In this document: one piece after another, positions 24,229 to 34,833 of the stretch
Layout: each line of letters starts with the position of its first letter
Position numbering within the stretch: the stretch's first letter is position 1
NCBI RefSeq assembly: GCF_001194135.2
Contig: NC_068982.1
Coordinates: forward strand, 2,533,625-2,568,708
Source of the DNA: Octopus bimaculoides
Lineage: Eukaryota
DNA length: 35,084 bases
Direction: 5' to 3'
The notes under the pieces: model-generated
What the model was told of the DNA's origin: nothing
The model's input: only the letters and a program-made list of their open reading frames with translations
The model's database searches: none
Made by a program: the position numbers and the translations under genes

Positions 24229-24380
24229 GACAACATAAAAAATACCTTAGGAATAAGAACCTAGGTTCAAAATTTCACCCAAGACACCTGATGAAGGCTG
24301 GAGGGTATATCAACCGAAATGTTGTGTTAACAACAAACAAGATAAGGACATATATCCATCAAATGTAAGTAATGTGAATA
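24229..24380 (+). mobile_element. Hammerhead-bearing 3' tail, probable 3' half of the SINE starting at 22873
   Basis: Contains GACAC-CTGATGA-A-GGCTG...CAACC-GAAATGTT-GTGTT and ends in short 'aatgtaagtaatgtgaata' repeats. Confidence 0.65.
24283..24328 (+). ncRNA. Minimal type I hammerhead ribozyme motif (PLE-type), slightly decayed
   Basis: Intact CUGAUGA (24288-94) and GAAA (24316-19). Helix II GGCTG/CAACC has one mismatch. Helix I GACAC/GTGTT, loopless helix III, GUU site. Confidence 0.65.
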
Positions 24381-24610
24381 TTGGTATTCATCAATTAGTG
24401 TCTTGATTTTATTCCTTATTGCTTTTTCCGGGCATCTAGGTTCTTCGTTGTAGTAGGTTTGGCCTGTTAGAATTTCCAATATATTATCTTTATAGTAGAT
24501 TTTGTCCATGATTACTATCTCCCCTCCCTTATCGGCTTCTTTTAGGACGATTGAATTGTCATTTTTCAGTGTTGGTAAAGCTTCCTTTACGGAACATGGG
24601 ACTTGACTAT
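24381..24610 (-). mobile_element. Penelope-like element RT N-terminal fragment
   Basis: KEALPTLKNDNSIVLKEADKGGEIVIMDKIYYKDNILEIL matches the PLE motif L.....IVIKPADKG..IVIMD...Y (ADKG at 24536). Confidence 0.85.
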
Positions 24611-24888
24611 TCAAGTGTAAAAGAATATATATTTTCATAGAATTTTGAACTTTGAACTCTTTTTTTATTTTCCAGTGATGACCGCTCCCTCCACTTTTTT
24701 CTTATCTTTCCCATACTACTTCCTAAAATTGACACCTTAAAAGGTCACCAGCCCTTGTCAGAAAATATCTTTATTTGCAAATATATTGATTGGTAGACAA
24801 TGGGAAGAAAAAATGAAAGAAAGGGGAAACGAAAAATGCTTTGTGATGAAATTTCGATGAATTGTCCACATCAAATTGAAAAGAAACT

Positions 24889-24919
24889 TCTCTCTCTCTC
24901 TCTCCTTATCTCTTTCTCA

Positions 24920-24960
<41 letters not shown>

Positions 24961-25113
24961 GCTATCTATTTATCTATCTATCTATCTCTCTATCTGTCTG
25001 TCTATCTGTCTATCTAGCTAGCCTTTCTCCATCCTTTATTATATTTTTCCTTTTTTGATTGTCCTGTAACCTCTAATTCGGTCTACTCCCCCCTCTCTCT
25101 CTGTCTCTCTCTC

Positions 25114-25170
<57 letters not shown>
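24889..25170. repeat. Compound (CT)n/(CTAT)n/(TA)n microsatellites
   Basis: Read directly. Confidence 0.93.
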
Positions 25171-25173
<3 letters not shown>

Positions 25174-27489
25174 TAAAAATGTATGCATGGACATATGAAT
25201 ATATATAGATTTATGTGAGAGTGTGGGTATATACGTATTTATATAGTAACTTTCTAGCAATTCTCAAGTACATTTTAATTGGAGGATATCTTTACACTAG
25301 AGAGGAATATTAGATTGTTTAATGGGGTATGGGTGATATATTGCGTGACTAAGTACAATGTTCTGAGCTTGTTAAGTCTAGAATTCGTACAGACAAGTTT
25401 ATGTCTTTGAAATTCAGTGGAGTCAGGCAAATGTCTATTTTTTCATGATTAAAATAACCGCATTTTTTAGCTGTTGAGTTATTCAACATTATGTATCTTT
25501 CTTTGAAGAGTATCTTCAAAGCAATACACTTATGTATATGTCATAAAAAATATGGTAATTAAAAAAAAAAAGTTAGAGCTTGTTTTACGCTTATTCACTG
25601 AAATGTTTTTTGTTATGCATTAGCAATTACTATTTGAATCACAAGTTTTTAATGAAAATATTTACAGGATTATGCCTGTTAACTTTGAAAAATTGACGGA
25701 TTTATGGCACTACAAGTTTTGTCATCGTCATTGTATAGGTAAAACAAAACACGCTTTTAAACTGTAAAAAGAAGTGGGTTTCCGTGCTCAAGACAACAGG
25801 AAAATGACATACGGCGGGCTTCGAGAAAAATTAGAAAAATCTAGTATTGTCTGAATGGTATTTCTTATAAAAACGAGTATTCAGTTTTGACAGAGAAAAT
25901 TGATTATGTATGAAACTATAAAGAGTTTTGTACCCTCATAAAATTCATACAAACAATTTAAATAGCTGCACCTGCACATATGCACTCACATACGCGTAGT
26001 AAATATGTATGTGTACGCGTGTATATGCGTATATATATATATATATATATGTATTATGCATGTGTTGATAGATAGAAATATAGGTAAGTTTATAGATCGT
26101 CGGGTAGTTAGATAGACAGATAGATATGTTAGATGCGCATATTGGGAGGAGTTGACGGGCACACAGCCGTTGTTCATGACTGTGTGATTGTGTGTATTCA
26201 TGTGTGTGTGTGTGTGTATCTGTGTGTTGGCGTGTGTGAGCGTGCGCATCATATCTCTGAAGGAAAGAACACGTATTATTTTACGGCCCCTGCATTTGAA
26301 TACATATTATATTCAGGATTTACAAAGTTATAATAGCTTTCAGATATTTTTTACTAGCAATGTTTGCGCAGCAATCTTTCCTCTTAATATAATAGCATGC
26401 AAAAGCGAACGCGCTACCTTTTATGTATTTTATACATTCGCTGAGATGCTTAAAGAATGGTTGCGCATTTAGCAAGTGATATATTTTGTATGGAATTTGT
26501 TATTTTCATACGTTCTTAATACTCCATACTTAAAAAAGAAAACGGTTTTGCATTCAGAATCGTATATGAAAATTAACAATGAATATAATCTGAATTACTT
26601 TCAAAAAAAAAAAAGAAGAAAATGTACTCTACGGTTCCAAAAAAAAAAATGTATATATGAAATAAAAAGAACAAGATGTAGAGGAAAGTATTATCGTTAA
26701 ACTGATTTACAAACAAGAATTTTGAATTAAAAGACGTGGGATTGGCTGCGGTTTTACTTGTTACGATAATATTTTAAAGGAAAAACACAGGAATGAATAT
26801 AACTTCTTTTTTTACTGTTATTTAAAAATCTAGGGAGAAATGGATGTATTGTTGCCTAGACGTCTTCATTGGAAAACAAAGAGTCAAAAAACATTAGTAA
26901 TTTAAGACGATAAGTANNNNNNNNNNNNNNNNNNNNNNNNNNNNNNNNNNNNNNNNNNNNNNNNNNNNNNNNNNNNNNNNNNNNNNNNNNNNNNNNNNNN
27001 NNNNNNNNNNNNNNNNNNNNNNNNNNNNNNNNNNNNNNNNNNNNNNNNNNNNNNNNNNNNNNNNNNNNNNNNNNNNNNNNNNNNNNNNNNNNNNNNNNNN
27101 NNNNNNNNNNNNNNNNNNNNNNNNNNNNNNNNNNNNNNNNNNNNNNNNNNNNNNNNNNNNNNNNNNNNNNNNNNNNNNNNNNNNNNNNNNNNNNNNNNNN
27201 NNNNNNNNNNNNNNNNNNNNNNNNNNNNNNNNNNNNNNNNNNNNNNNNNNNNNNNNNNNNNNNNNNNNNNNNNNNNNNNNNNNNNNNNNNNNNNNNNNNN
27301 NNNNNNNNNNNNNNNNNNNNNNNNNNNNNNNNNNNNNNNNNNNNNNNNNNNNNNNNNNNNNNNNNNNNNNNNNNNNNNNNNNNNNNNNNNNNNNNNNNNN
27401 NNNNNNNNNNNNNNNNNNNNNNNNNNNNNNNNNNNNNNNNNNNNNNNNNNNNNNNNNNNNNNNNNNNNNNNNNNNNNNNNNNNNNNNNN

Positions 27490-27523
<34 letters not shown>

Positions 27524-27633
27524 CATGTGTCACTCGCCCATTTGTTTCTGTTGCAGTGACGTCTTTCTAAACACAGAGTAGCCTAGATGTTTCCGTTTTG
27601 TTCAGGGGTATACGCAATTCAATTACATAATAA

Positions 27634-27830
27634 TCCGTTTTTCTAAAAGCACAGGGCTTCAAATTGGAGTCCATTACATCGACCCCTGTACACAGTGGGT
27701 ACTTGTTTCAATTTCATCGAAACCAAAATGTTAAAACGCAAAGTACAGGAATTTGAACTCGGAACGTAAAGACGGAGGAGATGTCACTAATTAAGTTTGG
27801 TGAACTAAAGTTTCGGCCAACCACCGCCTT
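27634..27830 (-). mobile_element. Old, diverged tRNA-derived SINE copy
   Basis: Retains 'cattacatcgacccc', 'gaatttgaactcggaacgtaa' and the head end 'ccaccgcctt'. Confidence 0.75.
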
Positions 27831-27989
27831 AGGTACATAAGTAATGATAATAATATAGATGGACGTTTTTTCCCTATAAAATTGCCTCTATCACAAGGCC
27901 AATGATTATTATCTAGAACACATCTAGCAAAGGATTTTTTGCCTCTTCTAAGGCTAGTTGGATAATGATATAAGGATATATTTAATATA

Positions 27990-28175
27990 CGCTCGCCATT
28001 ATAAATCGTTAGCCACTAAACCTTTTTTATTTTCTCTCCCTGTTTATTTCTGTGTTCTTTTCTGTCGAAGAGCGTAGGCTCAAAACGTAAAATACTTTCT
28101 CACTTCCCGAGCGTTAAACTAAGAAAATCTGTATGTTGTTTGCACACCCGTCTTTGTCTTTTGTATTTTTGTAAA
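27990..28175 (+). mobile_element. Short interspersed repeat with a hammerhead-like motif (copy 2)
   Basis: Homolog of 6696-6865. 28062-28089 reads CTGTCGA-A-GAGC-GTAG-GCTC-AAAAC-GTA. Confidence 0.7.
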
Positions 28176-28234
28176 TTCTCACTATATATGTATGCAAATG
28201 CAGACGTCTGCACACACCCATATAAACACGTGCG

Positions 28235-28275
<41 letters not shown>

Positions 28276-28984
28276 NNNNNNNNNNNNNNNNNNNNNNNNN
28301 NNNNNNNNNNNNNNNNNNNNNNNNNNNNNNNNNNNNNNNNNNNNNNNNNNNNNNNNNNNNNNNNNNNNNNNNNNNNNNNNNNNNNNNNNNNNNNNNNNNN
28401 NNNNNNNNNNNNNNNNNNNNNNNNNNNNNNNNNNNNNNNNNNNNNNNNNNNNNNNNNNNNNNNNNNNNNNNNNNNNNNNNNNNNNNNNNNNNNNNNNNNN
28501 NNNNNNNNNNNNNNNNNNNNNNNNNNNNNNNNNNNNNNNNNNNNNNNNNNNNNNNNNNNNNNNNNNNNNNNNNNNNNNNNNNNNNNNNNNNNNNNNNNNN
28601 NNNNNNNNNNNNNNNNNNNNNNNNNNNNNNNNNNNNNNNNNNNNNNNNNNNNNNNNNNNNNNNNNNNNNNNNNNNNNNNNNNNNNNNNNNNNNNNNNNNN
28701 NNNNNNNNNNNNNNNNNNNNNNNNNNNNNNNNNNNNNNNNNNNNNNNNNNNNNNNNNNNNNNNNNNNNNNNNNNNNNNNNNNNNNNNNNNNNNNNNNNNN
28801 NNNNNNNNNNNNNNNNNNNNNNNNNNNNNNTATATATATATATCCCTTTAATTTTTATTATTTTATTTCTTATTTTTTATCTCGTATCTACAAATTTTTG
28901 TAAAAAAAATTCTACTTCTTGTACCCATCCCCTCCCCCTTTTTTAAAATCAATTTTATTTTATTATATTTTATTTTATTTCTAT

Positions 28985-29325
28985 ATACACTGAGACATAC
29001 ATACACACACTTGCATATACACACACATGAAAAAGTACACGCGCCCGTGCACCACATGGACGCACATATACTTCCCAGACACACCACACACATATACACA
29101 ACACACATACATACATCCACATACATACACACATACAGACATGCACATACATACGCACACATGCGCATACACGCGCGCACACACACGCACGCACACAAGA
29201 ACGCACATGTTCCTCCACAATAAAACCCACACACACACTCACATACACACACGCTCATACACACACATGCACACACACACGCATACATGCATACACAACA
29301 CGCACGCGGATACACCTTAATGCAG
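28985..29325. repeat. Degenerate (CA)n-rich low-complexity tract
   Basis: Read directly. It explains several His/Thr/Val/Cys-rich ORFs. Confidence 0.92.
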
Positions 29326-29657
29326 ATATACCTCACATATATATCCCCTACTTAGTGTACGGACACACCCGTACACTAAAATAGTCAAACGTTGAACTTT
29401 CAACTAATTGGATGATTTTCGTGAACCACGGTCGCTGAGCTAGGATGCGATTTTGATCCGGTGAAAATGGAACGCATCAGTTTTTCAAAATATCTTTGAC
29501 TCAAATAGACTAATCCTTCACAATCTAATTAACAGTCACTCCTCTTGCAAATCAGAAAATACTAAGGACAGAAGATTATCTGCACCAATTTTATTTGCCT
29601 TCAACATACTTCAGTGTTAAAATGCGCTCTCTCTCTCTCTCCCTTGCTCTCTCTGTC

Positions 29658-29708
<51 letters not shown>

Positions 29709-29712
29709 CACA

Positions 29713-30246
29713 ATCACCTACACCTGTACACGCAATCAAATATGTAAGGGAAACGAAAGGACAAAAATTAAGAGAGACCTAGATTCGTTATAGAAAGAAT
29801 GATATNNNNNNNNNNNNNNNNNNNNNNNNNNNNNNNNNNNNNNNNNNNNNNNNNNNNNNNNNNNNNNNNNNNNNTTTTTTTTTTTTTTGTCTGTCTGCCG
29901 AGTTCGATTTTGCATTTCCCCATTCGGCTCGATAAATTAAGTACCAGTTGCGTACTGGAGTTGATCTAAGCAACTGACCCCCTCCCCAAAAGTTTCGGAT
30001 CTTGTGCCTAGAGTAAAAAAGCATGTTTTTTTGTTTTTTATCTGAAATTGAGGTTGCGCTTTCGCTCTTTGTCAAAATGTATACGATGAGATGAAGTGGC
30101 TTTCCGCATCATGATGACATAATTATGGCAGAGAATAATTACAAATTCGCTTCGTGAATTACCGCCACTGAAGCGCATCTTTTGTGCAATTGAAAGCTTA
30201 CATGTATGCCAGCAACTATTATTTCGCTTTTTCTAATCTCTCTGAA
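29713..30246 (+). repeat. Direct repeat, left copy (interrupted by a gap and a SINE)
   Basis: Matches 31492-31876. Block 30041-30130 vs 31659-31748 is 85/90 identical. Confidence 0.9.
29887..30022 (+). mobile_element. 5'-truncated tRNA-derived SINE, tail variant 2
   Basis: 'tcgataaattaagtaccagttgcgtactgg...cttgtgcctagagtaaaaaa'. Absent from the right direct-repeat copy. Confidence 0.82.
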
Positions 30247-30249
30247 TAT

Positions 30250-31497
30250 CCCAGTTAGATTCAAGATCTTTGGTTGATGCCGCTCGTGGGGAATTAGAGG
30301 ATGAAGGACGCTCTCTAATGCCATTAACTTCAAGTTTATCAAGAAACATTAGAAGATGGAAACAACAGGAAGAAAAGGTTCCTCCTACACCTAGATCAAG
30401 AATCGGCTCCGTAATTCCTGAAGAATTTTCGTGGCTACAGAACAGAGAAAGAATTTTAATCTACGATATTGGGGTGAAAGACAAAAACAGAATGTTGAAT
30501 TTTGGTACGACTGCAGGGTTGCACGACCTAGAAATACATAAGAATTGGGTATGCGATGGAATATTTAAGGTTTTTCTTGAAATTTATTATCAGTATATAC
30601 TCTACATTTAAACATAGGACATGCATGCACCTCACGAATTTACTGTCTCCAATAAGACCCTTGACACATACAATAGCTGTTTGCAAAAGGTTAAAGATTT
30701 CTTCGAGTCCCTAAGATGTGAAATTCTAATGAATGATTTTGAACAAGCTAGCTTTCTATGTTTTTTCTGACAATTTTCATTTATGTGTGTTTCATTTCTG
30801 TAAAAATGTTTACAGAAATGTGACTGGTATCGGGCTTAGCGTGCGATATCAAACTGATTGTAATTCTAACACAAAAGTAAAGCGCCTTATTTCCCTTGCA
30901 CTCATCCCGCCTCCAGGCACCATCGATGCATTTGTAGAACGCTTGTGGATGACGATGGACTTGCCACAAGAAAGTTTAGCATATTTTGAAACGCATTACA
31001 TTGGTGGGGAGAGAGGCCATGGAACTCGTAGACGTAAAGTTCCTCCTACTTTTCCTATCTGTCTTTAGAATATGTATGAAATAATACTAAATCAGCTGGC
31101 TAACGTCAACAATGGAGTAGGAGATTTCCTTAATGCGCTGCAAGTATCTGTTACAAATATTCATCGAAATTTATGGAAACATATCAATGTCTTGAAAAAT
31201 GAAGGATCTCTTTCTAAAAAAGAAGGTAAACGATGCAGCAAGAGGTGAAACTACATCTAAGAAAAAATACAAAGATGTCTATAAGCGCATACTAAGCATT
31301 GGCAGCTTAGGATCAAAATTATAAACAACATTATTTGCGTGAAATTGCGATGAACTTACATGATTTTTAGCTTAACTTTTTAAATAAAGTGTGTAACCGT
31401 CATTATTTTTATTTTTATTTTTTATTCTTCTCTTCTTAAGCTTTACTACAAAATGACCGTGCGGCGAAATATCCGTACGGTGAATTTACATATCACC
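30250..31497 (+). mobile_element. MULE/Mutator-like transposase relic with right terminus
   Basis: DKNRMLNFGT...WVCDGIFK (cf. W..DGTFK, D at 30555), MNDFEQA (30735), CVFHFCKNVYR (cf. C.FH), ALIP, YFETHYIG, PTFP, NVNNGV (cf. TNN..E). Terminal segment 'cggcgaaatatccgtacggtgaatttacatatcacc'. Multiple frameshifts, no left end. Confidence 0.85.
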
Positions 31498-31876
31498 TAC
31501 ACACGCACATGCAATCAAATATGTAAGGGAAATGAAAGGAAAAATTGAAAGAGATGAGATGAGAGACCTAGATTAGTTATAGAAAGCATGGTATACACGT
31601 AAATCAGCATCCTAGTCGCATACCAAAGGTAATTCTATTTCAATCATTTTTTTAAATATCTGAATTTGAGGTTGCGCTTTCTCTTTTTGTCGAAATGTAT
31701 TCGATGAGATGAAGTGGCTTTCCGCATCATGATGACATAATTATGGCAAGGAATATTTGCAAAAACTGGCAGAGTTTCGCTTCGTGAATTACATCCACTG
31801 AAGCGCAGCTTTTGTTCAATTGAAAGCTTACATGTATGCCAGCAAATATCGCTTTGCTTCTTCTTGTCTCTCTAAA
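31492..31876 (+). repeat. Direct repeat, right copy
   Basis: See 29713-30246. Confidence 0.9.
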
Positions 31877-32905
31877 CACTGCGAAGGATACTCGACTAAA
31901 ATTTGGACCTCTGAGTAAGAGATATGTAAAATACAATAATTTAAATTTAATAGCTGTCGCTTGTTGCTGTACAATTAAAGCATGTTTGTAGAATTGAAAA
32001 ACGATAAGAGATTGAATACATGATATTATGCTCCAATATATCACATATTAAAATAATGAAAAGATCAAAACGAATGAAACGAATGCGGAACGAGTGCAGA
32101 TAAAGATGAATTATTTTATTTTATTTTCATTTTATTTTGCTTCCGTGAAATGAAAGGTCTTTCTCACATTCGGCTGTTAAGTGAAAATAAATTGCACCAG
32201 CGACCTTGCTAGTTCTTTAAACTCTAGTTTTAATATATCTACTTTCTGAGACCGGTAATATTTGCATACGTATAAATATGTCATTTTGTTGTGTCCTGCG
32301 AGTGTCATTCTGCTACAAGTAATGCCATATTTCTGAAGAACCAGACTACTGCATACAATCGTTTTGTGACAAACGTAGCTAGAATGGATAGGGAATCTTC
32401 GACGATATGTAATTCTTCGTAAACCTAGCTCAGTACATGATACACTCAATACGTTAATACTGTTGGCTGAAGTACAGAAGGACTGAATCTTGATACATCC
32501 CCTCTTCTTTCGAATAATATTATTCCGGCCTGCTGTTACTGTGTTTTAGCTGAATCACTTAGCTTATAATACAATTTCAAATGTAATCTACATAAAATTA
32601 TTTATTTCTACTCTCAATTTTGTTACTTCATTTAATCTCCCATTTTTATATATGCATGCACAATGAGGTGAGTCGTATCTATATGCGTATAATTTCACGA
32701 TAAAGAATTACATATTTTTTAAAGAAAACATTGCTTTTTGTCTTTCACCACTTTTCCTTGGTTCAAAGAGACTGTGGATTCATAAAATATCGGTAAATAC
32801 AAAAGATCTTTCTTACAGAATTTATTTACCAGAATGTAAATTGCCAACATTTCTATACTACAAAACTTAGGATGAAATATTATGCTCATATTCAATGTGT
32901 GTGCG

Positions 32906-32938
<33 letters not shown>

Positions 32939-33358
32939 TAGTTTGCTTAGGCATAGCGATACTAATAACATAGCGTTAGAACTCAATATACATCGATATA
33001 CTATACTTCAGAACGAAGCGTCAGTCGCGTGCACAGACCAGTAATGAGAAATTAAAATGACTGGCGAATAACAAATTATATCATGAACTTCGTTAACTTG
33101 CACATGCTTCCGCTATAAAGCAATGCACTCATAGTTGTTGGCTTGTGTATCTATCCTAAAGCTTCATGAAATATATACAACATACGGATACTTACATGTA
33201 CGCACGTATACATACTTATATATGTCCGTATATACACGACCGGTTTAATGGTCCGTCTAAACTCCACGTGCTATATGGTCGAAATACCACCGCAGTGAAT
33301 GTAATGACGAAGTAAATATATAAATTTTTATATGAATAAAGATGAGATCGTTATTTAT

Positions 33359-33606
33359 CCGTGTGGCTTAGTGGTTAAGGCATTCCGCTCACGAACGTAA
33401 GGTCGTGAGTTCAATTCCCGGCAAGGCAGCGTGTCCTTGAGTATGACATTTTATTTCATGTTGTTCCAATGTAGTCGGCTGACAACAATGAGATTTAAAG
33501 GGCCAAACTTGTCACATTCCATGTCATGTTGAATCTCCCTACATTAAGTATAAACGTGTCTGTGGAGTGCTCAGCTACTTACACGTTATGACGAGCAAGA
33601 TGTTCT
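33359..33606 (+). mobile_element. tRNA-derived SINE with CORE-like central segment
   Basis: A-box TGGCTTAGTGG (33364), B-box GAGTTCAATTC (33407), then 'gtgtccttgagtatgacattttatttc', resembling a CORE-type domain (from recall), then a non-tRNA body. Confidence 0.8.
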
Positions 33607-33619
33607 GTAAAAACGTTAA

Positions 33620-34000
33620 AACGCACCCACACAACTCTCAACTTTAACCTGCAACCGTCAAACTCTACAATCGGCCCTCTAGGAAGATCCTGCCTCTCAA
33701 AGGCTGTAATATACAGAGCCACCCTTACACCATCCAATGGCATTAGTAGGCACCGTACGAGCATGACAGCCAATGAGCATAAGGGAATATATTCCTAGCA
33801 CTTGCATTCACTTAGATTCGGGGACGGAGAGAACTCCGCTTCCCTGTCGCGCATTCTCTGGAAACTTCGTGATCTCTGAGCCGAAACACAACATCAAGAG
33901 GACTATTATCGACAGAGCGCCACCATATTCATCCGGCGCCCCTAATTGGCAGCTGTGCCTCTACTAACCCACAGTATACACCAATAACAAATAGGAGGTA
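33620..34000 (+). mobile_element. Penelope-like element GIY-YIG endonuclease relic
   Basis: GPLGRSCLSKAVIYRATLT (cf. CPL.G.CL...VIY.A.V), TSMTANEHK (decayed YIG), NSASLSRILWKLRD (cf. T.LS..IW.LK), HNIKRTIIDRAPPYSSGAPNWQLCL (cf. IKW.I...A..Y..G...C.LCL). Stops and frameshifts present. Confidence 0.85.
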
Positions 34001-34298
34001 TCGTATTGCTGTTACCAGAGGTATATCCTTCTGGTAAATTTCAAGCCAGTGGCCGCGAACAACCCGTATATACCCGCTTACTACCATCCATCCTAGCACC
34101 GCTTGCACCAAGGCCACAATCACAAACTAACACCATGAACATTGCCGCAAATCACCAATTCCCAACACTTCCCCATGCCTACGGGTAGAAATATACATAA
34201 AACAGAAGTTGAAAATGCACTGAGAATAGTTAAAATATTTTTTATCATTATATTTAAATATTTAAACGGTTTCAGATTTTACAATGATTTTTGAGAAT

Positions 34299-34303
<5 letters not shown>

Positions 34304-34329
<26 letters not shown>

Positions 34330-34450
34330 GACACACACACACACAAACAAACACATACGCAGACAGACACGCACACACACACGCACACACACGTACACAA
34401 ATAAAGAACTGTATATATAATGCACGTGCACACACACACTTAGACACATA
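34304..34450. repeat. (CA)n-rich microsatellite
   Basis: Read directly. Confidence 0.95.
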
Positions 34451-34797
34451 CAAACAGACAAATGTATGGAGGAATGACCAAGCTTGATATAGATCTACCG
34501 GAAATCATTAAGGATAAATATGCAAAGCGACGTTTCTATTGTTTTAGATGCACTCAGTGCCATTAATATTCTCTCTTTAATCGTTTGAGATATACAAACA
34601 CTGTAGCAAACTGTTTCATTCTCTGAAATCATAAACAAATCAACCGCTTGTTTCAGCCGAATGGAGAGATGCTTTTTCCTGACGAGTCAAATCTTATCAA
34701 AACAGAAGTTTCGAAGAACTCCAGGGACTGAAGTGCCGAGTATGTCGTCAATCCACTATCGTCATAAGAGAGTGGTGGTTTCTCCTGTAATGTATTT

Positions 34798-34833
34798 CCA
34801 AATTTGGACATACTGTCGTATGTCCAAATTTGG
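34798..34833. repeat. Perfect 16-bp inverted repeat with 4-nt spacer
   Basis: CCAAATTTGGACATAC-TGTC-GTATGTCCAAATTTGG. Confidence 0.93.

Noticed and set aside
24674-24682. GTGATGA, snoRNA C-box-like
   Set aside because: No matching D box with a terminal stem nearby.
25700-25770. YKFCHRHCIGKTK, resembling a GIY-YIG YIGKT motif
   Set aside because: A single short motif with no flanking PLE homology.
9439-29336. Long ORFs in the supplied track (e.g. 9439-10275, 18262-19431, 22794-24065, 28863-29336)
   Set aside because: They consist of N-runs or dinucleotide and trinucleotide repeats (YIYI, VCVC, poly-N/L/Y) and are not genes.
32300-32400. Minus-strand TKRLYAVVWFFRNMALLVA, faintly like a piggyBac transposase C-terminal helix
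   Set aside because: No catalytic motifs, no TTAA or terminal repeats. The similarity is within chance.
33359-33425. Possible tRNA gene
   Set aside because: A and B boxes are present, but there is no proper acceptor stem and it continues into a SINE body. The same applies to 22873-22930.
34678-34710. CTGACGA...AAAAC, possible fifth hammerhead
   Set aside because: Helix II does not pair and there is no NUH/helix III arrangement.
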